Made by a program: the position numbers and the translations under genes. From Lama glama (taxonomy: Eukaryota): DNA of 64,000 nt. Shown in pieces: positions 11,401-24,190 of this stretch (position 1 is the first letter of the stretch; each line of letters starts with the position of its first letter). The stretch spans positions 60,016,001 through 60,080,000 of the forward strand of contig CM052824.1 of the NCBI GenBank assembly GCA_028534125.1. Direction: 5' to 3'. The notes below the pieces were generated by a model, which was not told the origin of the DNA, ran no database searches, and worked only from the letters and a program-made list of their open reading frames with translations.

Positions 11401-13259
11401 GAGGCCCCGGGAGGCCGCTAGGGGTGCATCCGGTGGAAAGAAGCCACATGCCAACCCTCCTGACCGGGACTCGCACCTGAGCCCTGGCCAGACCCACCCA
11501 GGCGAGGGCCCTCCCCTGGCCAGGCCGGGCGGGCTGGGTGCCGGTCCCGCTGGCAGCTCTGCCGGGAACCGTGAGGGCAGCGTCACCAGCCGGGCCCACT
11601 CTGGCTCCCAAAGCAAAGACTCCAACGGTGTTGACACAAACTCTTGAGCTCTCAACTGGGAGCGGGGAATATTTATTTATTTTTTGCATTAAAAAAAAAA
11701 AAACCCTCAGCCTGGCTGTGTTTGAGCTACAGAAATGATTTTTTTGAAAGGCGCCTTGGACAGTGTTTTTAGCTTTTGTGCCTAAACAGATCCTTCTCAG
11801 TTCTTTCAAGTGAGATCTTACCCAATGAATGCAGACTCTCTTTTGACTCCTAAGAAAAATATTTACACAGTCAAGTACGGCACGAAAAAGGACCCAGGCT
11901 CCTTCAGAGGGCCCGTCCTGAAACGCACAGAGGTCTCCGCACGCTGTTGACATTCCCAGCCCAACATCTTCGCCTGCCCTCCCTCCCCGCCCCGCCCCTC
12001 CCCGCCCCTCCCCTCCTGGCCCCCCAGGCATCGCCCAAGCCTCCTGCCTGGGACCCCGAAGTCAGGGTTCATGCTCCTTCCTAGGAGCCCACGCGGGGTC
12101 CCACGGAAGGAAGCAGACCTGCGTGAGGGACAGCCACGTCCCAGCTTCCCAGCTTTTTCTTTGGTCGACGAGAAGCCGCAGGTCACTCGGCCTCCAGGGC
12201 CCCGTGCAAGGTTTTTATCTAGACTCACCCCTGCTTCTCCCAGATGCTCCCCGCTAGACCTCCACCCTGGGAGCAGGCGCTTCTGTCTCTCTTGACCCCT
12301 GGGGGTGAGGCTGCAGGAGCTAACGAGGTGCAGACGGCTTTTCTGGCCAGCACGGCCCTGCCCGGACACAGCTCACCGGGCACGGTTTGCCTGTGGACGG
12401 ACGTGCCGAGAACACTGTGTCCGCTGGTTGCTCTCGGCGTGGCACGCGCCCCTTGGCTGGACACCCTGCCCGGCCCGGGGGTGCGGGTGCCCGCACCGGC
12501 CCTTCTGCAGAGTGAACGGCGGAGTGAATGAATGGATTCCTGCCCCCGAGGCTTCTCCCAGGGTTTCCGGCCCTGTCTGTCCCAGGCCTCCTGCCCAGCC
12601 TCGTTCCAGAAGCAGCCTTTGAGCGCCCTTTGCCTGCACTGCTCCATGAAAGGTGCCTTGAAGCTGTGCTGACTCCGGTATCAGCTGCTTCAAACCCGCC
12701 CGCTCCTTCAGCAACACGACCACGAACACAGAAGGGGCCCCACAGACTCCGGCTGAGACCACGGAGCAAGGGGTCTGGGATCTTCTGGGAGCGGGAGTGC
12801 TGAAGCAGGAAGTGGGGGTGGAGGTGGGCAGAGGTGGGGTGGGGGCTGGGGAGCCGGCCCAGAAGACGGAAGAGACAGGCGGGTTTGGAAAGGCCCCCAG
12901 GGCCCAGCGGGGCATCCTCATGGGCTGGGCGGGGTTCGATTTGCCTCTGAGGGTGAGCAGGGATGCTGGTGCTGGCAAGATGGGAGGGTGCGGGCCAGTG
13001 GGGAGCAGGGGAGGAAGGAGGGCCTGCAGGACATGGCGGGGCAGGGCAGCCTCATGTAAGCCCTGGTCCCCAGCTGGCTGGAGTCAGGGGTCCGCCCTGC
13101 GGAGAACACGGGCGTCTCCCCTGTTGGCCCACATGCCGGTGCGCACGGTGGGCCCTGGGGGCAGGGCTCAGGCTGTGGCCCTGGTTCCCCGCCATCAGCT
13201 GGGGAGCTGTCAGAGGTCGCCCAGGGAACAACGCTGAGGTGTCGGAGGACAGAGGGCCA

Positions 13260-13370
13260 GGTGGGCGCTGCTCCGGGTGCTGGGCTCACGTGAAACACCA
13301 AAACCCGGGACAAGTCTGTGAGGACGGGCGGGCGTCGCCGTTTACAGGTGAGAGAGGCGCAGAGAGGGAG
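13260..13370 (-). mobile_element. MIR SINE remnant, GC-eroded
   Basis: ctgtgaggacgggc...cgtttacaggtgagagaggcgcagagaggg. Confidence 0.5.
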
Positions 13371-13883
13371 CACAGCCTCCCACCGCAGCCCGCTGGCATC
13401 CTCTGAGGCTGCTGGCCCTCGGGGACCGTGGTGAGTGGGGCCGGCGGGGCAGGGGCACAGATCGGGGCAGGCCTGTCAGCCCCTTTGCCAAGGAGAGACT
13501 GAAGGCAGCGCAGGTGTGGGCCTGCCTGGCCTCCGAGGCCGGTCACCCAGGCACCTGATGGAACAGAGTTCTCGCTGCAACCGTGCGTGCGTCTTGCTGA
13601 CAAAGGATGCCGGGAAATAAGGGCCATGCCAACAGCCTGGGGCTCCCCAGCTTCCCCCAACCCACAAGCCACCTGGTTAACAGCTCAGAGCCTTAGCCGA
13701 CCTCATCGCCAGTGCCCCCAGCAGACGGCAAGTCCCCGTCCTTGACCTGGGGCCACAGGCTCCTCAGAGCTGTCTGGGTGGGGGTCCCACTTCTTACCCC
13801 CACCAGCTCCCGGCCTGGGCGGCAGCCCACCCAGGCTGCTCTGGGGCTGCGCCACAGGCGACAGGAAGGCACAGTGGTGGCCC

Positions 13884-13931
13884 CCTCAGCCTGCCCCCGC
13901 AGTGACCTCAGCCTGCCCCCGCAGTGACCTC
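13884..13931. repeat. 22-bp exact tandem duplication
   Basis: cctcagcctgcccccgcagtga twice. Confidence 0.9.
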
Positions 13932-16063
13932 GCCCTTCCCCTGTGTCTGATCCCATGGGGATAGGAGCGGGCTTGAGGACAGCGCTTGGGCTGGCCACCC
14001 TCCCTGGGGGTGGCAGCTGTCTGGGGGGTTGTCTGCAAGGATCCCCTCTCCCTGCCCACCCCCCGAGCGATCCTTTTCAAGAGAGAAGAGAGTGCCGGCC
14101 ACCCCAGCTCTGACGAACTCCCACACACACTGGGCAGCTCCAGGTCTCAGAGCCCCTGCACCCAAAAGACACTGCTCAGCCCTTCCTGAGCGCTTTCTGA
14201 GTGGGGTGTCCTGGGTCCAGCCCTGACCCGGCCTGGGAGCCTCTGCCCTCCTAGATTGGTCCCAGTGGGGGGCTCCGTGTCCAGCTGAGCTCCCGGGCAC
14301 AGGACAGCAGCCTGGTGGCCCAGACCGGTGAGGGAGCGCCGCCAGGTCCACGCGTACATCGGCAGCCTGGCACGGGCCCCCCCGCCCCTCCCCTGCCGGC
14401 GGCGAGCTGAAGACTGAGCCCTGGACGGCACCCGCAGATCCTTGTCCTGGGAGATGCGTGTCCAGGGTCGCACCTGGCCTTGGTGGCCAGCTTCCTCCTC
14501 CTGCTTCCGGAAGATTGATGTCCTCAAAGGGAGTGCTTGTAAATCAGAAGAGCAGGGTGACACGTGGCGGGTCCAGTCAATGACTCGTGACAAGCTATAA
14601 CTTTCCGCCTTAGAAGGGGAGCGACTGGTGCATCCAGGGGCCGCGCAGTAGCCGGTCCCAGGCACGGGACACGCCCGCCCCGGAAGCCGGGGGAGCTCTG
14701 CAGAGCTGGCTGTTTCTGGGGCTGGTGCCAGAGTCCCCTTCTGAGGGTCTGGGTGCGAGCGGAGGACGCCAAGGGCTGGAAGGCACCGTGAGTACTCGGG
14801 AGGTCTCAGCCCTGCAGAAGGGTCCCGGGGGCCGACCCAGCGGAAACGCCACATTTTCTGGGCTGCGAACTTGGTGTTGAAAGTTGGTGAGCCTGGCAAG
14901 ACTCCCAGGGACATAACCCACTGCCCCCCGTCTCCTTGCCTCCTGCCCTCCGGGTGTCTGTGCCCCAGGCTAGAGATCAGACACCGATGTCTGACGGGCA
15001 CAGGGCTCACCGTCTCCTTTGGGGTTGCACAGCCTGGGGGAGGACGTGTGGGGGCTACCCCTCCTGATCCCTGATGCCAGAAGGCCACCCCTCCTGCATG
15101 TCCTGCACCAGCGCCCTGGACACAGGGGTGCAGCGTCCCCACTGCCAGGCACTGTCTGGGCTGGAGCACAGAATGGCCTCCGTCCCAGGAACCCAGGTGA
15201 CAGGCACCCGGGCCGGCCCAGAGGAGGATGCGTCAGGGATGAGACCCCGGAAGGGAAAATCACAACAGTCACCAGTCCCCCCAGGTGCCCGTTCCGGGTC
15301 CCATCTAGAGTCCGGCACACCCCCGGGGCACCAGGTGCGCTAACGGGGGATGCGGGAAGCCCCCCAGCCAAGGGGGAGCCCTCGTGAGAGCTCCGGAGAA
15401 CTGAGGGCTCCTGGCTCTGCCAGGACAAATAAAGGGGGCTGACAGGTCCATGTCCCCGCTCTCCAGCAGCCACTCGGGGGCTGGAGAGAGGACGGCCTTA
15501 ACACGCACTCACTGGGTTTCCTAGAACGTCTTTCATGTTCCGAAAGCCGTGTGTCCCTGTGCAGCCAACCCTTCTGCGGCCCCAGAACGTGGCTCATTCA
15601 TCGCAAGTGTCAGCCGCACGTGGGACCAACTTCCCTGCCGTCCTCATGCCGGGGGACTCCTGCGGGCCGTGCATGATGGCTCCTGGACCTTCAGACCGCC
15701 CCGGACACAGACCCCCCGGACACCTTGACGACAGCCGGTCCAGAGAAGCTGCTCCCGGGACCCTGCAGCCTGGTGCCTTTGCACCTCGGTGTCTCCCAAG
15801 GGGGGAAATAAATCACAGGTCAGTTAGTGGTTCTACACACACATTTGTCTTTCATGCTCAGCCCTTTCTAGTTACAGAAATAACCTGCACATTGACAGAA
15901 TCATATTAATGCACTTCACCTTGACCCGGCTCATCGATAACTTGTTTGTTAAGATGATCCTTAATAAGCATAAGTGAATAAGAAGGGGTCATAGATCTCC
16001 AGCCAAGGCTGCTTGCCTCACACGCGTCTGAAAGCCCAGAGACCCACGGGGGGCGGAGGCGGG

Positions 16064-16086
16064 GTGTGTGTGTGCGCGCGCGCGCG
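16064..16086. repeat. (GT)5(GC)6 microsatellite
   Basis: gtgtgtgtgtgcgcgcgcgcgcg. Confidence 0.95.
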
Positions 16087-16574
16087 ACTGGGCTGAGGCT
16101 GGAACCTGACCCCCTCCACCACCCAACCCCCCGGGACTCGGGCTCTTCCTGGGCTGAGTTCCCACCGCCACCTCTGGGGTTTGGGGTAACCTTTAACAAC
16201 CTGAAGGTGGAGGGTCAGAGATCGTGCCCCTGTGTTTCAATGCAGAGGTGAATGTGAATTCTCTTCACAATGTGAGTGGCACTTTCCAGGGACAGAGAAG
16301 TGACACAAAGTGAAAAGGCACACCCAGTGGTCACTGTGCCTGTGGGGCAATGCCCTGGGGGACCGGGGCCTTTCCGATAAAATTCTGGCCTCTGGTTCTC
16401 ATCTTTCCATTATGCCACCTACTCCCTCTGCAGGTATTAGCGGGCTCTCACTTCGGGGGTCTGCTCATGTGCAAGCCAGTGAAGCCAGAGATACACTGTT
16501 TCCACTTCTGGTTACAATAAATCAGCAATGACCATGGTGCCAGTGACTGTCAGCCCTGCCGAAGTCTCCTCTGA

Positions 16575-16700
16575 GTCATTGCATTCAGCTCACGATAACC
16601 TTCTAGTAATCCCCACTTGCCCTCCGGAACGCCGAGCTCAGAGAGGTTGAGTTACTCATCCAGCGGCACACAGCTGGGAAGTGGCAGAGCCGGGACTCCC
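16575..16700 (-). mobile_element. MIR SINE remnant
   Basis: gctcagagaggttgagttactcatccagcggcacacagctgggaagtggcagagccgggact is the reverse MIR core. Confidence 0.8.
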
Positions 16701-19629
16701 GTGGGTCCGTGCCCTGAGGCGTCAGGTCACGCAGCCTCCCCAGAACTGGTTCCGTTTGGAGCATCGAGCGGGGCCGGGGGAGGGGGGAGGGCGGCGAGGG
16801 GGCTGGAGGGAAAGACGAGGGAAAGGAGCTGTGCTGTCTCCCACAAGGAATGTTTCCAGTCTTCAGGGAGGAGACAGTGCGGCAGAGCTGAGCGCACAGG
16901 CTTTGGTCACAGCTGCCCTGCTAACTCGGGACCACCGTGCGTGGGGGCGGTGAGGGGCAGAGGGCCCTGAACAAGACCGCACACTTTCCTAATGGGACCC
17001 AATTACAGCAACAGCTGTGTCGAGGAATTCCGTGCTGATCCGCTGTGGAAAATGGGCAGCTTTGGAATCTTGCAGCCTCCATGCCCCGGCATCTGGTGCC
17101 AGAGCGCCCTTCTGAGGGTTTGGGTTCAAGAGGAGAGCAGCCCCTGCAGCCAGAAGCCCCGGGGGCCCGGACTGGCTCTCGGGGTGGGGGGCAGGTTGAA
17201 CCCGCGAAGCTTGGCCGGCCCACCCACCCCTACTCCGCCTCGGATTCCCAAGCAAACTCCGTGGGCCGCCTCCTGCCTTTCCAGCTCAGGGGCAGTCACG
17301 TTGACAACGCAGCCGAGGGACTTCCCAGGCTCGGGCACGCCCCGGGCTGCCTGCCCGGGGGACGCTTCTCGGGGCTTCCTGGCTGACACGGGGCGTCGGC
17401 GGGACCCTCCTCGCTCAGGGGCCCTCACAGGGCAGCACAGAGAACCCCGGCTCACGGCCGCCTTGGCGAACCCATGCAGCCTTGCTAGCCAGCCTCGACT
17501 CCCTTATCTGCAAACCGGCGGCAAACGCATTGGAACAGAGGCGGCGCCCGCACTGCCCACAGCGACCTAGCGACAAGGGAGATGAGAAAGGGCGTGGGAC
17601 CCAGGCTGCTTCCCAAGAACACAGGGCTGCTGCTGCTGCTGCGAGGAGGCTCAGCCGCAAAGCCCTTGTGGAGGGCGGGGGTAGCCTCGTGGGCAGAGGG
17701 CCCCCCGGCGGCCTGGGCTCTGGCCCCTGGCGGGGTCGGCGGGGCAGATCCAGCCTGTGGCCGGTGTCCGTTCAGCTCGTGAGGTAAGAGAGCCATTCTA
17801 TGTTTAAAGGATTGTGAAAGTAAACCCACAGACAGCCGGCCATGTTCACTGCCCGGTCCTTTGCAGAAGCACGTTGCCCCCTGGCCCAGGGCAGACACTG
17901 CCGCCCGGAGGGAGGAGGGAGGAGACCTCGTGTCCTCGGAGGTGCGGGCACGAGGCTTCCGAGTGCGCGGTCAGCACGGAGGCTGGGGCGGGCAGAGACG
18001 GCTCCCCTGTCCCAGGGCAGCTTTGCTCAGCAGCCAAGAGATGCGGGGCGGCCAGCGAGCCGGGTTCCCAAGAACACCTGATCCTGCGAGCAGCTGCAGC
18101 GCCGCGCCCAGCCCACCGCCTGGAGCGCATTCTCAGCTGCAGCCTCCCGCCAGGAAGAGACGGTGTGAAATTGGAAAGCAGTTTGAAACCACCCTGTTCC
18201 TTGTCTCTCTCTCTCTTTTTTCCTGTTTGTCTTGCTTAAAATTGTCACGAAGAAAATCTCCAGACACCCACTGGACCTTCTACCTCGAGCCCCTCGACGT
18301 CCCTGGATGCTCGGCCTCCCTGGAGATGGGGGGGGTCCCTTTCCAGGGCGGGCCCGGTGGCCAGGAGGGTCTGGCCCGCTGAGGTTCTGCCTGGGGGGCC
18401 GTGGGAGTGTGGGTGGGGGACACATCTTCATGACACTGCAGGCCGTTCCGGGGGCACTCTTGCCGCTGCCTTTGGGAGAGCCGCCTGGACCCCCGGGGAG
18501 CGGGACTGTCGGTGGAGTTTCAGCTCTCAAGACCCTCCGCTGGGGAGCGTGGTGCCCGACACTGCCCTCTGCTAATTTCACTTTCTGACGACACTGCCGG
18601 GACCCAGGGATCCCCATCAGCTGCAGGGAGATGTGCCTGCCCCACCTCAGGCCACAGTGACACCCCCAGAAGTGCAGAGAACTGCTCACCAACGAAACGC
18701 AGACCCCAAAGCACCTGCTCACTGTCCTGACTTCTGCACAGAGCGCGATTTTATTCCGCTTCCCCTCTTTCTAACGAGTCACTGGCATGCACGAGGGTCA
18801 TGTCGCTGCAGAAGACCACAGCTCCCCCCCCCCGCCCCGGTGGGCTGGGAACCGAGGTCTGGACCCCACTGCTCTCCTCGGGGCCTGTGTCCGGCAGTGG
18901 AAAGTCTCCGACAAGGGCATGAGACGTGTGCCCTTCCTCTCTGCGGTCCTGGCGGCAAGCGGGGGCCTCTGTGATCCTTCTCGGGTTTTCCTGCTAGAAG
19001 TCAGAAGGGGCCGCTGGAACCCAGTCCACAGACCCTAGGGGGTGAGGTGGGAACACGCTCCCACCAGCCAGGGACCTGCAGCAGGAGTGGCCACTTGGGC
19101 CACACTGCCGGGGAGGGTGACACTCTGATGCTCTCCAGCCGTGTGGCGTGCCTGTCAGTGTAACATGACAAGGTCACCGTCTGCCTGTGGATGGACTCAG
19201 AAAAATGACCCCCACTAGTGTAGGGGGGCAGAGGGGGCCCAGGGAGCATGTGCCCCCCCCGGGGCCGTCCGGGGGTCTGGGAGGGCCCCCGGGGCCCGCT
19301 CAGGCTGCGTGCTTCTCCGGGCCTGCCCCACGACTCCTGAGCGGGTCTGCGGGCCGTCGGCGCCATGGGAGGCGCTGTCCACGCAGCCCGTGCCTGGGAG
19401 AATGCGGCCTCGGGGAGGCGCTGCCTGCGCTCACAGAGTGCTCTTGGACACGATCAGATTTCTAGGACTCTATTCCTGGAGCTGAGAGATCTTGTTCAGC
19501 AACGTAATTTATTTGTTTTTTCCAAAAGCTGAGAAGAGAGCTGAGGTCGGCCAGGCTATGAACCACAGAAGGTCTGCAGGAGGACTTCCCGTGGGGCTGG
19601 GGGCGGTCCAGAGTGTCCCATACCCGGAG

Positions 19630-19790
19630 GGCGGGGGGACAGAGACAGAGACGGGGAGACAGAAAGAGACAGAGAGAGACGGGGGAGACAGAGACAGTGA
19701 AAAATGGGGGAGGGAAAGACAGAGACAGAGAGGGACGTGGGGGTCAGTGACAGGGAGGGGAAGGGCGGGGAGAAACGGAGGGGGACCATG
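19630..19790. repeat. GA-rich (GAGACA)n low-complexity tract
   Basis: agagacagagacggggagacagaaagagacagagagagac... Confidence 0.88.
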
Positions 19791-20859
19791 AGCAGCCTGA
19801 GGAGGACCCTCTGGTGGGGGCCCCGGAGAGCTGGGGAGAGTAGGGGTGGGTGGGGCTCAGGGACAGAGACCGGGCCCGACGGAAATCAGCAGGACTATGT
19901 TGGCGGCGGGCTTGAGTTCAAGGACAAGGTTCACACCTGGACGTCTCGGTGGCCTGCAGCCAGGCCAGCACCCGACCCTAAGCACTGGGGAAAAACCTCG
20001 AGGCGACCCTGGGCTGGCTGCTGGTTCCTGTCCGGGACGCGGGAGGCGTGCAGGTCCGCCCCTCCACGCCCTCCACGGCTGGATGTCTTGTTTGGTCTAA
20101 TGGTCTGGATTTCGGCACATTCGTGAACTTAACAGAGTCCTCCCGGTGGGGAATGCCCTGGGTTTGCAGAGTCACCCGGCGGAAGGAGACAGGAGCCCTC
20201 TGGCCCTTTCCCCCGCCAGCTCCACTCGTCTACGGAGGAGACACACTTGCGTGCCCTCACCGGTTCACTTTCCCCTAGAAGCCCCGTGGTCTCCAGGCTT
20301 CCGCGCCAGGAAGAGCCCCTCAGACCTGGACAGACCCTCCCTCGGGGCTCCTCAGAAGAGGGGGTCCCTGTGGATTAAACCGGTGCTGCCTCCTGGCTGC
20401 TGAGTCTTGTCCGGTTTTCCTCTAAGAGGAAAAGCTTTTACTTGGATGAAACAGTAACATTTGGGACACGGCAGAGAGGCCACATCTCGAAACAGAGGAA
20501 CGAACGTGACTGCTGGGGTGCCTGTGGGTGCTGGAGCCAGAAAGGGGGTGCCGGCTGCAAAGCTCCCTGCAGACCAGCACTGCCCTCTCCGAGCCCCCAT
20601 GCGGGGAGCCAGCGGGCTCCGGAAACGCAGCCAGCGAGGGAATTCGGTCTTTGCGTTTCACCAGCCAGGCCCCGGAGCCGGGCCCTGAGTCCCACACCCT
20701 GGGTCTGATTCCAGGCCCACAGCTCCTGACTCCAGACTTCGGACATCGGCCGAGAGCGGGAGCCGCAGCGCCCGGCCATGGTCACGGCCCTGCTCTCCGG
20801 GCTGTCCCCGGTCTGCCGCTCCGAGCACCTCCACTCAGCAGCGCCTGCCTGGGAGACAC

Positions 20860-21010
20860 CACAATCTTTTTACCCAATTTTCCAGCTGAGTTGACTGAGG
20901 TCTGTGAAGGTCGGGGAGCTTGCCCGGGGTCACTGAATAACACAGCTAAGCCTCTAGCCTCAGGACAAGGATGCAGAACTCTGGTTCCTGTTCCTAATCG
21001 CTTAACCAAA
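20860..21010 (-). mobile_element. MIR SINE remnant
   Basis: cccaattttccagctgagttgactgaggtctgtgaaggtcggggagcttgcccggggtcac. Confidence 0.65.
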
Positions 21011-23804
21011 GGCTCTTTCATAAATAATAGAAATCACAGGGCTTCGCTTTCCGTTAGAGGGTGAACTGACTCCCCAAACCGCCACCGGGGCCGCAGGCAC
21101 GCACCTCCAGGCCCTTGCCGAGCAGCGGGGAGACCCGGGTCCGCGGCCCTGCTGGCTCCCGCGAAGGCATTAATTTGCACCAGCCGTCCAGGGACCTGGG
21201 AAGAGTCCGACCGTCAGCGCAGGCGACCGTGGCTGACTAGTCACCGCTGACAGTTATTAGCCTATTATTAAACGTATGAATCGCCTCTTTCATGCCACAG
21301 GCCTACCCGTAAAGTGCTTTATTAATGAACATTAACCAATCCAATTAGCAAAAGACACTGTTTTTGTGTAATTAGTAATTTGAGGCTTTGTTCCGTCCTG
21401 GTCTTAAAGAGACAAGGCGCTGGGTGTTGATTACTGCAATGCTGTACAATTAAGAGAAGCGGTCGGGGCTCAGCCGGGGACCTTCTCCACCCCTGGGGTC
21501 CCAGGAAGGCACCCGGCCCTTGGAAGACCCGTGGGGGTTGGTGTTTCTGGCGTTTAAGCGTCTCCAATTGCTTCCTCTCCCATCCAAGCTCCTCTCTGCA
21601 GTTGGCATGGCCTTCACCATCAGGAAGGGGAAATATTTATTTTTATTATAAATTTAGAGGCCAAGCAGTAAGGAACCTTGTTATTAAACACTCCAAGCCC
21701 AGTTCTGCCGAAAAGCCCAGAATCCAACTTTGAGTATTGACTGCAAGTTTTTTTTCCTCATCGGATGCCAAGAGGAACACTGTGGGGAGAGCTGTGTCGG
21801 GGGCGGCCGTAGTGGTCAGCTGTTCTGTTTACATCTCTGAGCGAGCAGTTAGGTCTCAGAGACTCGGAGACAGATGTTTAGATAAGAGCTGGACGCTGTG
21901 TGTGTGCACAGCACACCCGGCTCAAGAACCAGGCTCGCGTCCCGCCTGAAGGATCGCGCTGAGTGGGGCTCACCAAGAAGGCCCCGTGTTGGAAGTGCCT
22001 GGGGCACTTCGGCGCTCTCTCCCTGGAAGCCCCAAACTTTACTGTTTGTAGAACTGCAGAGCAAGCTCCGTGAATCTGAGTAAATTCCTCACTAGCTCGT
22101 CTTTGATGTGTATTTATTTCTCAGGAGCTTCAGAGAGTTCATGACCAGGGGCTCCTCACAGCGTCTCTCTGCCGAGCACCATGGAGCTCTGGACGGGAAG
22201 GAAGATGCCCTCTGCCTCCCCTCCTGGCTCCTGAGCCACCTGAAGGGGGAAGCTGGTGTTCTTCACCAAAGCATCCTCGAACCTGCCTACCTGCCAGGCA
22301 CCGCCCACACTCCGCAGGGCGAGCTGGCCCGAAAGTAGTCACAGCAGGGACCCGAGGCTGGATATCCCTTCACCCCTGGGGCACAGATAGGGCAACCCCC
22401 CCACATCGAGTTCCACTCGTCCCTACAGAGGCGAAGATCACCGCGCAGCGCCCGGTGTCTGCGGTGCCCACGCGTCCAGCTGCTCCAGGAGCCCCGTCTG
22501 CTGAGCTGACACTGCTGGGCGGGGAGCTGGATTTCCCGCTTGCAACCCAGACGGTCGGGCAGCGACCAGACCTCCCTGACTTCATTCCAGAGCCCACTTG
22601 AGATGGACGAGGCTTTTTTCCACTCCGGCATAGGATTCTCATGGCTTTTCCCCCGCCCCATTCCGCCTCAAAACAGAGTTAGAATGCTGTTCAAGTCTCA
22701 GAGGCTCATGACTTTTCTGATCGTCTTTGCTTTTGTTCTCTGCTGCGAGCTCGCGTGTGGGCGCACACACACGCACTCGCACGCACACGTACCGCCTGCG
22801 CATCACAGTCAGGGGGGGATGAGTCTGTTGGGCGCTCACAGAAGGCAGGGCAGACGAGGAGACCTGGGTGCAAACATCACAGAAACCTCTTCAAAATATT
22901 TGGGTTTGTCAAAATCCCAAACCGCCGTTGCCAGGCACTTTTCCCGCTAGTGTTTGAGCCCGCGGGTCTTTTAAAGGAAATGAAATCCGTGTGTTTCTGA
23001 TTTATTTATACTTAACTCATCAAAATGCTGTTTTAAAGAGCTATTTTGTGTCCAAAATGCCCTTTATGCCTTTTTTCCCTTCCAAACGAAAAGCCGTATT
23101 TTGCCAAGTGCACATGACCTTAAACGCTAACATTTTCAAGGCTCTTTCGAAAATCAAGCTCGGAAAGTCCAAACAGGCCTGAACCGGAACCTGCGTCCCC
23201 TCCCCCTCCAGGAGGGGCCCGGCGCTGGACGAGAAGGCGACGCCCTCGGCCCCCTGTGCTTAGCTCCGCGGCTCTGACCCAGGCAGCGGCCCACCTGCCT
23301 CCCCACTGGAGCCCCCACGGCGCTGTGTCCTATGGGAAGCGAGCAGATTCCCCAGAGACGAGGAACCCCAGGCCTGGGGTTTAGGGGCCCTCCCAGAGCT
23401 CGGGCTGGATGGACCCGGTGTCCCCTCGGGCGTCCCCCTTGCCCGAGGACGGGGCTCTCTTCCGGGGCGGGGTGCTCCTTCCTGGCCTGCGGAGCCCAGG
23501 GCCCTTTTACCCCGAGGCCGGCCTGACCCCTCTGCCCCACCGGCCTCCTTGGGATTAGCCAGATAAGCTTGCACTTCTGCTGCGGGTTTAAACCACTTCA
23601 GACCAGGAAAATGTTTCCTCTCCACTCAGAGACGGAAAGGGTGGCGGCGACAGCAGCCCCAAGCACGTGCAGGCGGGGCGGGGACGGAGCCCACTGGCAG
23701 GCTGGGTCACTCGCAGAGGGACGGGCTAAGCCCTCCAGAGGGGCGCGCGAGCGCACCGGCAGCGCTGCAGCCTGACCCCTGACCCGGGGCTCCAGTGAGC
23801 CGCT

Positions 23805-24190
23805 TTGGGGTGTGATATTTATTTCTGGCCGATCTCATGCGATGGAGTTCAATTATGAATCTGATTGCTTTTTTGTGCACGATATAAAATCCTTTATCCT
23901 CACGGCATTTAATTGTGTTCCCTGGCAGGTTTGGTATTCATCACGGCCCTGCTGTCCCCGGCCCCAAAGATAAACCATCCAAGGGGCAATAAACGTCCAC
24001 CCTGATTATTGATGCTTTCAGGGAAATTGATTATCTATTCGAGGGGCAGAGCTGGCGGATGTATTACTGCCTCTTTCCCTCACACGAGAGCTTCCCCGAA
24101 AGACAAATCTCTTGATTGGCGCAATGGATTTTCTATTATATTTAACATTTTCCAAAGTGACACCCTTTTATCTTAATATTTGGAAAAGGG
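23805..24190. promoter_or_regulatory. AT-rich island, candidate conserved non-coding element
   Basis: About 390 bp of non-repetitive AT-rich sequence in a GC-rich background, with several GATA, TAAT and TGATTG motifs. Confidence 0.5.
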
